A stretch of DNA of 64,000 nt from Chrysomallon squamiferum (lineage: Eukaryota; Animalia; Mollusca). This document shows positions 61,023 through 64,000 of the stretch, in pieces (the stretch's first letter is position 1; every line of letters begins with the position of its first letter). The DNA lies in assembly GCA_012295275.1 (NCBI GenBank), contig CM022675.1, positions 9,424,001 to 9,488,000 on the forward strand, in the 5' to 3' direction. The notes beneath the pieces are model-generated. The model had not been told where the DNA came from. It did no database searches and saw only the letters and a list, made by a program, of their open reading frames with translations. A program made the position numbers and the translations under genes.

Positions 61023-62259
61023 AGACAATTTATAACAATAATGAGATAGTCATACTTTTATAAATAAACTGTTTGTAAAATCCAAAAATACTAATAATAC
61101 AATGACATAAAGCAATAGTGTTTATCGCTATGTCACATGTCTATGTGTTAACCTGTATTATGAAATTTGGCAAAGTTTCAGGATGGTGGTTTTGATAAGG
61201 TTAACAATGATTTTGTGAGTATGTCATTTACAATTACTGACATTCATAATTTTATTCTTTTCCTCCATATTTAATATTCATTATTCAGATTAATAATAAT
61301 AATAGCAGAAAAACAAACACAAAAAGTGCTAAATTAAAAACAATAAATGTATTTTTAATTAAATAAATTCACTGATGTCTAGATAAGATTATTATAGGTA
61401 TATTTGTTTTTCCTTGTATTGTGCCTTTTTGACTTATTTGTTTTTTGTTTAATTAACCTGAAACATTAAAATATTAAAAAGAGTAAGAAATAATATGTAC
61501 ACGTATTAGTGTGGCTAATAATAGCAGTTAAACGTGCTATTGGTGTGTATGACTACTGCGGAAAATATTCCGACCTTTATCACTTTCTGATTTAGGCACA
61601 TACAATCTACTTCTAGGTCACGATAATATGAAGATTGTTCTGGTGAGGTTTCGGCCGTTGGCAGTTTAATAATTATAGTTACAGATAATTAGAATTTATA
61701 GCTATAAAATTACATACCTGGTGTATGCTAAGTATTAATAACATTAGCTGGAAGGAAAAAAATATGAAAAAAATCACGTCCAACATTTAATGGACTAAGA
61801 ACAATCTACACGTCGAAAAAAGGATCTAATATTCAGCGAAAAACGGGAATTCCCCGTTTGTCTACTGTTATTCATTTCCTTTTTGCGCCTTCTTTTCGTA
61901 TCAGTCTATTTATGAGTCCGTTCGATTTGCTGCAAAATTTTGCGAAGGAAAATAGTTTCCGAAAATGGATTCATCAGTCCAGTGAAAGGACAGCATCATT
62001 ATTTAAAAGCGCCATTATTAATACAGAACATATAACCTCATAAATTTTTATTATCAGTGACAATATATTTATTATTATTATTATTATTAGTTTTTGAGAA
62101 TTAGTTACATAACCGGTAAAAAGTAAAAGAAATAATGTTTTCCAGTTAGTGGACTGCATACGCACAGACAACACACCTAAACACTTAAGTACTTACAGAT
62201 AAAAAGTCATTAATCTGAAAAAAATAATTAAATAAATGCTTATAGAAACAAATAAAACA

Positions 62260-62930
62260 AAACTAAATAAATAAATAATGAACAAACAACTTAAACATGC
62301 ATTTAAATAAACATACAAATCGGCAAAGAAAAACAATACCCGTAAATAAAAATATATAATGCAGCAAAACAAAACAAAACAAAATAAAATAAATAAATAA
62401 ATAAATAAATAATGAACAAAAAACTTAAAACATGCATATAAATAAATATACAAATCGGCAAAGAAAAACAATATAGGAAAAATAAAAATATATAATGCAG
62501 CAAAAAAAAAAAAAAATAAATAAATAAAAAAAATAAAATAAAAAAGAATAAATAATGAACAAACAACTTAAAACATGCATATATATAAAAATACAAATTT
62601 GGCAAAGGAAAACAATATAGGAAAAATAAAAATATATAATGCAGCAAAACAAAATAAAATAATAAATAAATAAATAAAAATAAAATAAAATAAATAAATA
62701 AATAAATAATGAAAAAACAACTTAAAACATGCATAAAAATAAATATACAAATCGGCAAAGAAAAACAATACAGGAAAAAATAAAACTATATATAATGCAG
62801 CAAAACAAAAAAAAAAAAAAAAAAAAAATAAATAATGAACAAACAACTTAAAACATGCATATAAATAAAAATACAAATGGGCAAAGGAAAACAATGCAGG
62901 AAAAAATAAAAATATATAATGCAGCTAAAT
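62260..62930. repeat. ~125-155-bp tandem repeat x5
   Basis: Core AATGAACAAACAACTTAAAACATGCAT...ACAAATCGGCAAAGAAAAACAATA...ATATAATGCAGC repeated with a variable A-rich linker. Confidence 0.9.
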
Positions 62931-63489
62931 ATGGTCAAACCTCTTGTATGACGCCCCCTCCCCCCATCCTGTCATATATCGAACCGGTTCTGCCGCACCA
63001 AAAATAGCTGTGCATAGATCGTCTGCATGTAATTTTACGTAACTGTATCCCGTTTTACCGCTCCTCACTATCTGTCATCCAAAAACTGCATTTATTTTAG
63101 TATCTTTGTAAGTGACTCTGTGAAGAAGTTTTCCCTGTCCCTTTCCCTGTTTTGTATTGCAAAACTACTGTCCACCGTGCAAAAATGAATCCCAAAAATG
63201 TCACCGAATCAAAAATGAATAAAAAAATAAAAATAAAATAAAAAAATTAAAAGTATCTATAATTTTTTCTTGAAAAAGGAAAATGACAAGAATCGGCCGA
63301 TGTTAATGGTTTAATGATTAGCGCCATCTTAATTTTTTTTTTTTTTTTTTAAATTCCTTTTCTTATTATTATTATTTTTATTTTTATTTTTAAAGTAAAG
63401 TTTTTGGTTAATACTTAATTATTTATCGTGCGATCCCCCCCCACCAAAAAAATAAATAAATAAATACATTTTTAAAAATCAAAAATCAA

Positions 63490-63520
<31 letters not shown>

Positions 63521-64000
63521 TAAAAATTGAAAAAAAAAAAGAAAAAAAAAAGAGGAATCTGAACTCTCTGTACATATTGTTGACCTCCATGACAACTGTA
63601 CACGCACAGCGCTAATTTTAGACAATTACAGTATACCCTCACCTTTTCGCGGTTCCCCATTCGCGGCCCCGCATATTCGCGGGTTAGGCTCTTAACCCTA
63701 TCGCATCGTATGCTGGTATACCAGGCTAGCGTCATAATGTCATAAAAACAAATGCTCAGTAAACCGGGTTTTTGTAGGTCATAGAGACTTAAGTGCCTGA
63801 AGAGTAGGAATAATTACCTAAAGTGCTGTAAAGCAGCAGCTAAGCTGTGCCATACTGTACATTAGTGTTATCATCATCATCGTATGGCACTGCAAATTTC
63901 ATCATCATTTTATTATCATTCATTATGGGTGACAGCACAAACAATATCAAATTTTTTCAATTATTATTGCAATACAGTACGTATTTTTTTATAAATGCAT

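Noticed and set aside
61950-61985. Minus-strand CTGATGA...GAAAC resembling a hammerhead ribozyme core
   Set aside because: Stem II and the GAAA overlap, and flanking stems I and III cannot be formed.

Overview
AT-rich, microsatellite-dense animal genomic DNA with spliceosomal GT-AG introns. The repeat content suggests a mollusc, probably a gastropod, but that assignment is inference. Nearly all ORFs in the supplied track are microsatellite artefacts. Three real genes were reconstructed by hand. Two are tandem, co-oriented four-exon paralogs of the small cytochrome c oxidase subunit NDUFA4/COXFA4 (MLRQ), which the ORF track does not call: copy A join(43061..43111,44368..44456,44732..44792,45516..45578), 87 aa, and copy B join(49422..49484,51324..51412,51936..51996,52452..52517), 92 aa. 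The third is a convergent minus-strand gene, join(60124..59191,58320..57479), 591 aa, of the AZI2(NAP1)/TBKBP1(SINTBAD)/TANK family of TBK1 adaptors, with two TAX1BP1-like UBZ zinc fingers and a terminal LIR-like motif. The first ~42 kb has no recognisable coding exon. It consists of CpG-retaining islands rich in CLEAR/E-box, CRE and ERR-type motifs, separated by micro- and minisatellites. The best candidate for an undescribed system is an invertebrate complex IV subunit-swap locus: a probably constitutive NDUFA4 copy with clustered miR-219 seed matches, a probably inducible copy, and a tandem array of STAT (GAS) sites between copy B and the TBK1 adaptor.
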